Positions 43,925 through 52,670 of a stretch of 64,000 nt of DNA are shown here, piece by piece; the first letter of the stretch is position 1; each line of letters starts with the position of its first letter. Position numbers and translations under genes: made by a program. The stretch lies in the NCBI GenBank assembly GCA_964481395.1, contig CAYZYG010000009.1:959-64958 (forward strand), in the 5' to 3' direction. Below the pieces are notes generated by a model. That model was not told where the DNA came from. It ran no database searches and saw nothing but the letters and a program-made list of their open reading frames with translations. This DNA is from an uncultured Vicinamibacterales bacterium (lineage in GTDB: Bacteria; Acidobacteriota; Vicinamibacteria; Vicinamibacterales; JAKQTR01).

Positions 43925-45322
43925 TCAGAAGCCCGCCGCGCCGATGGTCTTCCGGTCCACCTGGGGCGCGTATTTCTTCGCAAGGCCCTCGATCTCAGAT
44001 GCCTTCCCGATGAGGACGAACACCATGTTCTCGAGGGGGAAGTACTGTTTGATGACGCGGCTCACGTCGGCCATCGTCGCGGCGTCGATTCTCGCGTAAT
44101 ACGTGTCGATCTCGCGCTCGTCGAGACCGTCGGCCACCAGGCCCGCCAGCGCGTCGGCAAGCTGGTCGCTGGTCTCGATCTCCGGCGGGAACTGGCCCTT
44201 CAGGTACGTCTTCGCCGACAGCAGGTCGTCCTCGGTGATGCCCCGTTCGTGGAGCTGCTTCAGCGTTTCCAGCGTGAGATCGAGTGCCTGCTCGGTGGAC
44301 GCGTTCCGCGTGTACGAGTTGATCGCGAACGGCCCCTTCGCCCTCCACTGGGCGAACGACGACCCGGCGCCGTACGTGAGGCCGGACTTGATGCGCAGCG
44401 CGGTGTTGATCATCGACGTGAAGCGCCCGCCGAACAGCGTATTCACGATTTCGACGACGACGCGATCGGGGTTCGACCGGCTGATCCCGACGTTGCCCAG
44501 ACGGAAGAACGTCTGCGTCGAGTCCGGCTTGTCGACGAGCAGCAGCCGGCGTCCCTTCACGGGCACCGCGTCGGGCAGCGACACGACGGGCGCCTTTTTC
44601 GCGGGCCATGCGCCGAAGCGGGCCGCGATGGCCTTCTCCATGTCCGCAGCGGCAAAGTCGCCCACCACCGCCATCACGGTCGAGGAAGGCACGTAGTGCG
44701 TGTCGTAGAAGCGCGCGACATCGTCGCGCGTGACGGACGCGAGGGAGGTCTCGTCGCCGCCCGCAGGTCTGGCGTACGGGTGATTCCCATAGAGGTACGC
44801 GTTGAAATAGGTGCCGATGACGCCGGCGGCCCGGTCTTTCGCCGCCTTGATCCCGTCCACCCGCTGCGCGACGAGCTTCGTGACCTCACCGGCGGGAAAC
44901 GTGGGATGGAGCATCGCATCGGCGACCAGATCGAGCCCCTTGTCGAGGTCCTTCTTCATGAACTCGGCCGACGCCTGCGTCGAGTCGACCGACACGCCAG
45001 CCCCGAACGAACCGCCGATGAAGTCGAGTTCCTCCGCGAACCGGTCCGCCGATCGCGTGGGCGTGCCCTTGCGCAGGAGCGCCGCCGTCAACGAGGCCAC
45101 ACCTTCCTTGCCCGCGGGATCGGCGACCGAGCCGGCGCGCACGACGACGCTGAGGCTGACGATCGGCACCTCCCGCTGTTCCATGAGGAGCAGGGTGAGC
45201 CCATTGGGCAGGACGACCTTCTTGTAGGGCGGGAACTTCAGCGACGCCGGCTGCGCCAACGCAGGAACGGCCATCACGAGGACGAACAGGAGGCTGGCTG
45301 CACTTCTGGCGATGTTCTTCAT
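43925..45322 (-). CDS. M16-family peptidase, non-catalytic-type subunit (no HxxEH)
   Basis: Signal peptide and M16 fold pattern LPNGLTLLLMEQREVPIVSL. I could not find an HxxEH motif. Confidence 0.85.
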   Translation of the reverse strand: MKNIARSAASLLFVLVMAVPALAQPASLKFPPYKKVVLPNGLTLLLMEQREVPIVSLSVVVRAGSVADPAGKEGVASLTAALLRKGTPTRSADRFAEELDFIGGSFGAGVSVDSTQASAEFMKKDLDKGLDLVADAMLHPTFPAGEVTKLVAQRVDGIKAAKDRAAGVIGTYFNAYLYGNHPYARPAGGDETSLASVTRDDVARFYDTHYVPSSTVMAVVGDFAAADMEKAIAARFGAWPAKKAPVVSLPDAVPVKGRRLLLVDKPDSTQTFFRLGNVGISRSNPDRVVVEIVNTLFGGRFTSMINTALRIKSGLTYGAGSSFAQWRAKGPFAINSYTRNASTEQALDLTLETLKQLHERGITEDDLLSAKTYLKGQFPPEIETSDQLADALAGLVADGLDEREIDTYYARIDAATMADVSRVIKQYFPLENMVFVLIGKASEIEGLAKKYAPQVDRKTIGAAGF

Positions 45323-45331
45323 GTCGGCCTC

Positions 45332-46678
45332 CTACTTCTTTTCGCCTTCGACTTCGGGAACGAGTGTGGCCACGGTCCGGTTCTGTTCGGTGAAGTACTG
45401 CCGCGCGACCCGCTGGACGTCGGCTGCCGTGACCCTGGCGAAGTCGTCCGCTGCCGTGAACAGCTTCCGGTAGTCGCCGAAGAACACCTCGTAGGTGCCG
45501 ATGGCGTTGCTGCGGCCGCTGATGGTCCGGACCTGGCGGTAGAAGCCCGAGATCAGGATGTTCTTCGCCTTCTCCAGTTCCTCCGGGGTTACCGCGCCCG
45601 TTTTGACGCGGTCGATCTCCTCGTACACGGCCTTCTCGACCGCAGCCGGGTCCACCCCGGCCTTGGGCTGGGCCGTGATCGTGAAGAGCGTCGGATCGAA
45701 CGCCCAGTCGGAGCCGCCGCCGACGCTCAGAGCGATCTGGTCCCGATCGACCAGCCGTCGGTACATGCGCGAACTCTGGCCCGAGAAGAGCACGGTCTCA
45801 AGCGCCTGGAGCGCGTAGTAGTCGGGATGCGCCGTCTGCGGCACGTGCCACGCCATCATCACGATGGGCAGTTGCGCGAACTTCCTGACTTCGACCCGGC
45901 GCTCGCCGAGTTGTTCGGGTTCCTTCGTCCGGACTGCTGGCGGGGGAGCGGACGAGGGGATCGGCTCGATGTACTGCTCGGCCATCTTGACGATCTCGTC
46001 GAACGTGACGTCGCCGCTCACGACCATCGTGGCGTTCGACGGCGAGTAGCCCATTCGGAAGTGACTCTTCAAATCGTCCATCGTCCAGGCTTCGATGTCG
46101 GACATCCAACCGATGACGGGCCACTGGTACGGATGGGCCGTAAACGCGGCTGCCGAGAGCTGTTCGTTCAGCAGGCCGAAGTTGTTGGCGTCGACGGCCT
46201 GGCGGCGCTCCGACGCGATGACGCCGCGCTCGGACTCGACGATCTCGGGATCGAAGGACAGATGCTGGATGCGGTCGGCTTCGAGGTCGAAGATGAGTTC
46301 GAGCGCCGAGCGGGGGAACCAGTCCTGGTAGACCGTGACGTTCTCGCTCGTGTAGGCGTTGTTCGATCCGCCGTTGGCCTCCATCACCCGGTCGAACTCG
46401 CCCGGGCCGTACTTCTTCGCGCCGTTGAACATCATGTGCTCGAAGAAGTGGGAGATGCCGGTGATGCCCGGCCGCTCGTTGCGCGATCCGACGCGGTAGA
46501 AGATGTAGAGCGCCACGCTCGGAATCGAGTGGTCCTCCTGCACGAGGATCTTCATCCCGTTCTTGAGCGTGTGCGTCCTGACCTCGAACTCCTGCGCCGC
46601 GGCAGGGAGGGTCGCCGCACAGAGCGCAGCGGCTGCCAGCAGCGCCCTCGCGGCATTCGGTGTCTTGCGTCTGTTCAT
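45332..46678 (-). CDS. M16-family zinc peptidase (pitrilysin-like), catalytic subunit
   Basis: HFFEHMMFNG is the inverted zinc motif HxxEH. Signal peptide present. Adjacent to its partner subunit. Confidence 0.9.
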   Translation of the reverse strand: MNRRKTPNAARALLAAAALCAATLPAAAQEFEVRTHTLKNGMKILVQEDHSIPSVALYIFYRVGSRNERPGITGISHFFEHMMFNGAKKYGPGEFDRVMEANGGSNNAYTSENVTVYQDWFPRSALELIFDLEADRIQHLSFDPEIVESERGVIASERRQAVDANNFGLLNEQLSAAAFTAHPYQWPVIGWMSDIEAWTMDDLKSHFRMGYSPSNATMVVSGDVTFDEIVKMAEQYIEPIPSSAPPPAVRTKEPEQLGERRVEVRKFAQLPIVMMAWHVPQTAHPDYYALQALETVLFSGQSSRMYRRLVDRDQIALSVGGGSDWAFDPTLFTITAQPKAGVDPAAVEKAVYEEIDRVKTGAVTPEELEKAKNILISGFYRQVRTISGRSNAIGTYEVFFGDYRKLFTAADDFARVTAADVQRVARQYFTEQNRTVATLVPEVEGEKK

Positions 46679-46789
46679 GTTCGCTCCGGTCCTGTGAATC
46701 CCGTCTCGCCCAGCCCTGTGTCCGTGCCGGCACTCGGGGAAGGTTGCTTCGAATCCCGATCCCCGACCCCCGACTCCCGGATTGTGGCC

Positions 46790-48184
46790 CTATGCTCGCA
46801 GCAACGACACCACCCGATCGACCAGGTTCGTTGCGAAGACCCCACCCGACTCGAGCATCGCCCGGCTCTGGAGGAGCGCATCGGCCACCTCAGGGAATGT
46901 GAGTGGGACGCGGCTCTCCGCCTCCGCCGTGCCTCCGCCCGTGACCGCCGTCCGGGCCAGCCTGCGATCCAGGTCCGTCATGCCGCGTCCCGCGACGACC
47001 GCCTGCGCGACGCCCGCCAGCAGCAGGTGCGGGTGTGCCGAGCCGTCGGGCAGGCGAAACTCGATCGTACCGGGACTGGTCTGCCTCCCGCGCTCGTCGG
47101 TGGGGACGATAGGGATGCGAACCAGCGCCTTCCGGTTGTAGCGCCCCCAGGTGATCGCGCTCGGGGCCTCCTTGCCCTGTCCGAGTCGGACGAACGAATC
47201 GCGGCTGCGGTTCCCGAAGGCCATCAGCGCCGCCCCATGCGTGACGAGGCCTCCGATGAGCCACGTGGCCTCCGGCGCCAGTGTGCCGTCCGCCGTCGTG
47301 TGGGGCAGATAGTCCCCGTCCCGCATCGATGCGAAATGGAAGTGCATGCCGCTGCCCGCGTGGCCCTTTCGCGCCATGGGCGCGAAGCTGCACAGCATCC
47401 CGGCCCGGTGAGCCAGATTGCGGAGCACCCACTGGGTGAGCACCACGCCGTCCGCAGCCTCGGGCAGCGGGCGCAGCCACAGCTCGATTTCGTGCTGCTC
47501 CCAGACGCGCGGGTCCGAGGCATCCGACTGGACGTAGCCGACCTCGGCATGGCCGTACTTGACCGGCACACCCATTTCGGCGAGATGAACCAGCGCCTGC
47601 CGCCGCAGCGACTCGCCAAACACGAACGGCGAGGTCGCATGATAACCGCGCTCGTTCGCGCCGTAGGCGTCCGCGTCCTGGCCGCGGTGGCCGAGGAAGT
47701 ACTCGATCTCGCCGAGCGCGTGCAACTCGGTGCCCGTCTCCGCGACCAACCGCCGGTACGCGGTGCGGACAATGGTGTCCGGCGATTCCGCCAGCGGGGT
47801 GCCCTGGCGATTGAAGTGGCTGCAGAGCAGCGCCATGGCTGGCTCATGGGCGAACGGATCCAGGAACGCCGACGACAGTCGCGGCCGCAGGACGATGTCG
47901 GACGCGCCGACGGGAATCCCCAGTTCGCCGAATAGACTGGAGCCGTCGGCCCGTTCGCCGCCGGCCAGCACGTCGAGGAGATGGGCGCGATCGCGCGGAA
48001 CGAAATCCAGCGTCTTCAGCCAGCCGTCGCCGCCGACGTGCATCAGCGAGAGGAGGCGGATCCCGCGGTCGTGGACGACGCCGGCAAGGTCGTCGGCCGT
48101 CCAGTCCGCCGGAGGCTTGCCAATGAGGCGGTGCAGCGTCTGTACCGGGGCGCGATGGTCGGGGTCGGTCTGGACTGAGGACAT
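46790..48184 (-). CDS. Glutamine synthetase-family protein (GlnA-like / gamma-glutamyl ligase)
   Basis: ATG at 48184. The segments HALGEIEYFL, GYHATSPF, EVGYVQ and GSGMHFHFS resemble GS catalytic-domain beta-strands. Confidence 0.75.
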   Translation of the reverse strand: MSSVQTDPDHRAPVQTLHRLIGKPPADWTADDLAGVVHDRGIRLLSLMHVGGDGWLKTLDFVPRDRAHLLDVLAGGERADGSSLFGELGIPVGASDIVLRPRLSSAFLDPFAHEPAMALLCSHFNRQGTPLAESPDTIVRTAYRRLVAETGTELHALGEIEYFLGHRGQDADAYGANERGYHATSPFVFGESLRRQALVHLAEMGVPVKYGHAEVGYVQSDASDPRVWEQHEIELWLRPLPEAADGVVLTQWVLRNLAHRAGMLCSFAPMARKGHAGSGMHFHFASMRDGDYLPHTTADGTLAPEATWLIGGLVTHGAALMAFGNRSRDSFVRLGQGKEAPSAITWGRYNRKALVRIPIVPTDERGRQTSPGTIEFRLPDGSAHPHLLLAGVAQAVVAGRGMTDLDRRLARTAVTGGGTAEAESRVPLTFPEVADALLQSRAMLESGGVFATNLVDRVVSLLRA

Positions 48185-48308
48185 GGTCGTCTGGCTCCGT
48201 CTGCGGGGCCTCCCCATCTTATCCAATGGCCCCCGTGGCCCGAACCGCGGCTGGAAAAGGAGACCAGCCCCCAAGGTCCCCCTGCGCAGTCGGCCTACAA
48301 TGGGGCCT

Positions 48309-49682
48309 ATGCGCCTGCACCCTGCCTTCATCGCTCCGCTCGCGGTCCTGGTGCTTTCATCCTGCGCAACCGCGCCGGCGCCGCGGAGCGCACCCGGCAT
48401 CGAACCGGGGCTGTCTTCTCAGGCTCTGGCGGAGATCTGGAACCGCGAGCGCGTGTCCTGGCCGGTCCCGCCGCTGGTCCGGCATGCCGATGTGGAGGCT
48501 CGGCTGCGGGAAGTGCAGGCGTCCGCGCCCGACTTCTTCAGCCTCGAGGAGATCGGCCGGTCGGTCGAGGGACGATCGATCAACCACCTCTGGTTCGGCC
48601 GCGGCCCCTACAAGGTGCTGCTCTGGTCGCAGATGCACGGGGACGAGCCGACCGCGACGGCGGCCCTCTTCGACGTCTTCGAGTACATGAGCCGCCACCG
48701 GGACGAGCCGGCCGTGCGCCGGATGCTCGACGCGCTGACGTTTCACGTCGTGCCCATGCTGAACCCCGACGGTGCTGAGCGTTTCCAGCGGAGGAACGCC
48801 CAGGGCATTGACATCAATCGCGATGCCCTGCGCCTGCAGACGCCAGAAGGACGTGTGCTCAAAGCCCTGCGCGACCGCCTCGACGCGCCCATCGGCTTCA
48901 ACCTCCACAACCAGAACTGGAGGACGTCGGCAGGAGAGACGAAGGAGCCCGCGTCCATCTCCCTGTTGTCGGTGGCGTTTGACGAGGCGCGCACCGAGAG
49001 CCCGGGACGCATCCTGACCAAGCAGATCTGCGCCGTCATCCGTGACGCGCTCGAGCCGCTGGCACCGGGGCGGGTCGGCCGGTACGACGACGAGTTCGAG
49101 GTTCGGGCGTTCGGCGACAACATCACGAAGTGGGGCACGAGCGTCGTGCTGATTGAGACAGGGCCGTGGCCGGCTCTCGAACCTGATCCGCATCTCGTCC
49201 GGCTGAATTTCGTGGCGCTGATGTCGGCGTTCGATGCGCTGGCGACCGGCCGGGTGCGGCAGGCCGACGTGCGGCGTTACGAGACGCTGCCGATCAACGG
49301 CTCGAGCGTCTTCTACGTCCTCGTTCGCAACGCGACGGTCGTCAGTGGGACCGGCGTGGCCCCGTTCACCGCCGACATCGGGATTCTGGCTAATCGTCAG
49401 GTTCGCGAGGTCAACGGCGTCCGGCAGATCCGCCTCTCCGCGCGAATCGAGGACCTCGGCGACCTGCACCCCATGGGTGGTCTCGAGGAGATCGATGCCT
49501 CGGGTCTGGTCGCGGCACCCCTGTTCGACCCGGCGCTGAGAGCGGGAGATGTCACCCGCCTCCCGGACTGGCGCGCCAAACCGGCGGCCACGACCATCAG
49601 CCCTGGGGAGCCGGCGGCCATCCTCCTGCTCGAGCCTGCTGCGGACGGTGCCTTCCGCGTCGTTCGCGTCCTCTCCTGGTGA
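48309..49682 (+). CDS. M14-family zinc carboxypeptidase, lipoprotein
   Basis: ATG at 48309. Lipobox LVLSSC. QMHGDEPTAT (HxxE zinc site) and NPDGAER. Confidence 0.85.
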   Translation: MRLHPAFIAPLAVLVLSSCATAPAPRSAPGIEPGLSSQALAEIWNRERVSWPVPPLVRHADVEARLREVQASAPDFFSLEEIGRSVEGRSINHLWFGRGPYKVLLWSQMHGDEPTATAALFDVFEYMSRHRDEPAVRRMLDALTFHVVPMLNPDGAERFQRRNAQGIDINRDALRLQTPEGRVLKALRDRLDAPIGFNLHNQNWRTSAGETKEPASISLLSVAFDEARTESPGRILTKQICAVIRDALEPLAPGRVGRYDDEFEVRAFGDNITKWGTSVVLIETGPWPALEPDPHLVRLNFVALMSAFDALATGRVRQADVRRYETLPINGSSVFYVLVRNATVVSGTGVAPFTADIGILANRQVREVNGVRQIRLSARIEDLGDLHPMGGLEEIDASGLVAAPLFDPALRAGDVTRLPDWRAKPAATTISPGEPAAILLLEPAADGAFRVVRVLSW

Positions 49683-49688
49683 CACTAA

Positions 49689-49730
49689 CCCCCGGACCAC
49701 CCCCGCTCTAGAGCGGGGGTGATCCGGGGG
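49689..49730 (+). terminator. Long GC hairpin CCCCCGGACCACCCCCGCTC-TA-GAGCGGGGGTGATCCGGGGG
   Basis: Starts 7 nt after the stop of the carboxypeptidase gene. Near-perfect 18-20 bp stem. Confidence 0.55.
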
Positions 49731-49813
49731 ACCTTGCCCCGACCTTGGTCGGGTCTCGCCCGGGGCTCTCGCCCGGGGTTCGTCCCGCGGTGTCGCCTCG
49801 CTCTGCCCCCTGG

Positions 49814-49841
49814 TCTCCTGACTCCTGACTCCTGACCCCCC
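49814..49841. repeat. Heptamer tandem repeat (TCTCCTG ACTCCTG ACTCCTG ACCCCCC)
   Basis: Read directly. Same CTGACTC class as the array at 10661-10695. Confidence 0.85.
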
Positions 49842-50064
49842 TAATTCTGACCGCCCACCCGCGTCATCGTGCGCCATCCTCGGCCGGCGCACGATGTCGC
49901 CTTCCATTCTCCTAAGGACTGCCTAGATTCGGGACAGGGTGTCTCGATGTCTGACCCCGTCGAGCCCCAGCGGTCCGGGCGGCCGTCGCCGCGCCACGTG
50001 GTGGCCTCAGGCGCGTCGGCGGCCTGCCGGCATTCCCGTTCAGCCGGGTCCGCAGGAGACTGTC

Positions 50065-51615
50065 ATGAAACGCGCAGGCGCTCAGCACGGGCTGTCGCTC
50101 GTCGAAGCCACAATCATCCTCATGTCCCTGCTGGTGCTCGGGGGCGTTCTGGCCCCCTCCATCAAGGACTACATCGAAGACGCCAAGATGGTGAAGGTGA
50201 AGGAGGACTGCGAGGCGATCGGCCTGTCCATCGCACGCCTCCTCAGGGACGTCGGTCCGTGCGTCAAGATTGACGGGCGCCAGCCCTGCACGATGTTCAA
50301 CCGGGCCGACCTGCTCATCAGTGAGGGACACGAGGTCGAGGGCTACACAGAGACAGCCCGGGCGACCCTCTCGACCGTGACCTGCGAGAGCGTCGCCGGA
50401 GCGGTCAATTACGTGACCGAGTACGTGCCCAGGCCGGCGCCGGCCGGCGTGAGTTGGAAGGACGCGACGCACCTCGGTGGCTCGACCGCCTTCTATGCGC
50501 CGCCGCTGGTCACCACCGCCAGCCTGAAGCGGATGGTCGACACCCAGGGCCTGGCCGACGACATTCGAGCGGTGATGCGCGACAGCGGCATCCCGGACGC
50601 GGCCGAGGGCGTGATCGCGACACTGCAGACCCTCTCGACCACCACGACCCCCGCGGGGGCCCTCCCGGCGTGCAGCGGCGTCGAGCCGCCGATCGGCTCG
50701 GTCGTCGAATGCGAGCTCCGGGCCGGGGAGACGCTGCACTGGATGGCGTACCGGCCAGGAGCCAAGTCTGGCAACCGCGCTCCGGGACGGCTGGAGTACG
50801 TCCGGTGGGCGGGGAAGGAACCGGTGAAGTCCTTCGCGTTCCGAGTCGAAGCCGACAAGGAGGTCTACACGTTCCTCATTCCGGCGCCGTGCGCCAACCT
50901 CTCGCTGATGTCCGTCGCGGATATCCGCCAGCGGGAGGTGGGGGGCGGCACGACGACAGCGTGCAGCGAGACCGGCACGAGCGTCGGCGGTGGCGCGTCG
51001 TACAGATCAGCCGCGTGGTCCGAGACGGTCTCGGTGAACGCGCGGTCGGAGATCGGCTGGTATCACACGCCCCTCTGGGCCGGCCTGCCCAACGGGCATC
51101 CGAACGTCGACTACATCGAGAACCATCTGATCCGCAACTGGCCGTCGAACGCGCCGGGTCTGCACTATGCGATCCCGGGCCAGCACCCGGACCTGCTCGT
51201 GGGGCCCCGGTTCAACCTCGGCTGGCGGGGGCCGTATCTGTCCGCTCCGATTGGGGATGACCCGTGGGGGCACAAGTACTTCGTCAACACGATCTTCCTC
51301 TTCGCCATGGGCAACCAGCCGCACGCCGAAGGCTACTCGACCTGGTCATCCGACACGGTCTGCCTGTCGGCCGGCCCGAATGGCTGGGTCGAGACGCCCT
51401 TCACGTCGTACGGGTATCCGGGTACCAGTGGCTATGAATCCGGGTACTACAGCACGACTTCGACGAGCTACTACGGTTCGTTCGGCGACGATCCGAGGCG
51501 TCTGAGTTCCTACGGTTACGGCGGGCGCAGGTACGTTCCGGGTCCGCAGTACCCCGCGGGCACCATTCGCAGCGGCGACGACTTCGTCTACGTGATCTCG
51601 GGCAGCTCGCGCTAG
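50065..51615 (+). CDS. Giant GspG-like pseudopilin (516 aa) with a prepilin-type N-terminus and large internal insertions
   Basis: RBS AGGAGA. AQHG-LSLVEATIILMSLLVLGGVLAP is a class III signal with Glu at +5. The C-terminal GWRGPYL..DDPWGHKYFV..LSAGPNG..GDDFVYVI matches the GspG core motifs. Confidence 0.75.
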   Translation: MKRAGAQHGLSLVEATIILMSLLVLGGVLAPSIKDYIEDAKMVKVKEDCEAIGLSIARLLRDVGPCVKIDGRQPCTMFNRADLLISEGHEVEGYTETARATLSTVTCESVAGAVNYVTEYVPRPAPAGVSWKDATHLGGSTAFYAPPLVTTASLKRMVDTQGLADDIRAVMRDSGIPDAAEGVIATLQTLSTTTTPAGALPACSGVEPPIGSVVECELRAGETLHWMAYRPGAKSGNRAPGRLEYVRWAGKEPVKSFAFRVEADKEVYTFLIPAPCANLSLMSVADIRQREVGGGTTTACSETGTSVGGGASYRSAAWSETVSVNARSEIGWYHTPLWAGLPNGHPNVDYIENHLIRNWPSNAPGLHYAIPGQHPDLLVGPRFNLGWRGPYLSAPIGDDPWGHKYFVNTIFLFAMGNQPHAEGYSTWSSDTVCLSAGPNGWVETPFTSYGYPGTSGYESGYYSTTSTSYYGSFGDDPRRLSSYGYGGRRYVPGPQYPAGTIRSGDDFVYVISGSSR

Positions 51616-51679
51616 CCCGGTCCCGGCATTTCAGATCGCCCGGCCGCGCCCGCGCGCGCGGCCGGGGCGGCGAACCGAG

Positions 51680-52384
51680 ATGGACCGACGTCGCGAGCCT
51701 CTTCCCTTCAGACGGCCGGAAAGCCCGGCGGGACTACGGCCGGGCCCGGTCCCCGTCCCGCCGAAGCGCTCCGGCCCCGCGCGCCGCCGCGTTCGCGGGA
51801 TCGGTCTCTACGTCATTCTAGCGTGTGCGGTCGCGGTGGCACTGATGCTGGCACCCTCGATCCAGCGCGCGCCGGACGGACCGCTGATCGATCGGGCGCG
51901 GAGCGACTGCATCACGATCGGGTCCGCCATCCTGCGCTTCCAGACCGACACGGGTCTGGCGCCACGCTGGTTCCGCGCGTCGGACGTTCACGCGCCGGCT
52001 ACGTCACGCGTCATGGTCATCGTCGGGCCTGGCCGGATTCCTCGCGAGGTCGGGTCGACCGGGTGGACGACCGAGGCCACCGATGAACTCAACGCGCAAC
52101 TGACGACGAACGGCCCCGGTTACGCCGTCATGGAACCCAGCGGCGCGCCAGGGTGGAACGGACCGTACCTCGCGCCAGGTCAGATCGGACCCGACCCTTG
52201 GAACCACCGCTACATGGTCAACGTGGGGCTGTTGTCGTCACGCGGATCCGGATCGCGAGAGCATGACGCCCGCGCCGTCTGGGTCCTCTCGGCCGGTCCG
52301 AACGGCATCATCGAGACGACGATCGACCAGCCTGCGGATCGCGCTCGCACGGGCGGCGACGACATCGTGTATCGGATTCAGTGA
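51680..52384 (+). CDS. GspG-like pseudopilin paralogue with a degenerate N-terminal signal
   Basis: GWNGPYLAPGQIGPDPWNHRYMVN...LSAGPNGIIET...GGDDIVYRIQ. The hydrophobic N-helix GIGLYVILACAVAVALMLAP lacks the +5 Glu. The start choice is uncertain. Confidence 0.65.
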   Translation: MDRRREPLPFRRPESPAGLRPGPVPVPPKRSGPARRRVRGIGLYVILACAVAVALMLAPSIQRAPDGPLIDRARSDCITIGSAILRFQTDTGLAPRWFRASDVHAPATSRVMVIVGPGRIPREVGSTGWTTEATDELNAQLTTNGPGYAVMEPSGAPGWNGPYLAPGQIGPDPWNHRYMVNVGLLSSRGSGSREHDARAVWVLSAGPNGIIETTIDQPADRARTGGDDIVYRIQ

Positions 52385-52410
52385 AGGACGGGGCAGATTC
52401 CCACACGGTC

Positions 52411-52476
52411 GGGACCCGGGACCCGGGGCCGGGGATCAGCTGTTGAGTCCCGAGTTCCCATTCGTGGTCCTCGGTG
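52411..52476. repeat. About 65-bp heptamer-arm element, copy B
   Basis: GGGACCCGGGACCCGGGGCCGGGGATCAGCTGTTGAGTCCCGAGTTCCCATTCGTGGTCCTCGGTG. Begins 27 nt after a plus-strand stop codon. Confidence 0.85.
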
Positions 52477-52670
52477 ATGATGAACCCCACTGTCTCGAAA
52501 CGAGGCACTGGGCGCTGGCTCATGTCCAATACCTAGGCACAGTGCCTGGCATGCCCCGAAACGAGACAAAGACACTGCCCAGTAACGGGACATTCTGCTC
52601 AGAAACCAGGCATCGGCGACAGCCGGAAGTGGTAATCTCTTCGATCGCAGACACACGCTGCTGGCTTCCG

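Noticed and set aside
46741-46760. tRNA-like T-arm sequence GCTTCGAATCCCGA.
   Set aside because: It has no acceptor stem, D-arm or anticodon arm around it. It is part of the class C heptamer array. No tRNA could be supported anywhere in the window.
43673-47935. 1420-aa plus-strand ORF spanning four minus-strand genes. Similar long antisense or overlapping ORFs occur at 943-2013, 3363-5342, 5552-7201, 8297-9745, 10975-13959, 15806-17479, 22124-24100, 24885-26690, 33730-36678 and 36344-39067.
   Set aside because: The translations are Arg/Gly/Pro/Ala/Asp-rich low-complexity strings with no recognisable motifs. They lie opposite genes with clear family signatures. Stop-codon depletion on the antisense strand of high-GC genes explains them.
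52523-52545. Sigma-54-like promoter AGGCACAGTGCCTGGCATGC upstream of the HTH membrane protein gene.
   Set aside because: The GG and GC elements are spaced one nucleotide too far apart relative to the TGGCAC-N5-TTGCA consensus. The -12 element reads TGGCA rather than TTGCA. It is more simply a GGCAC-A-GTGCC palindrome.
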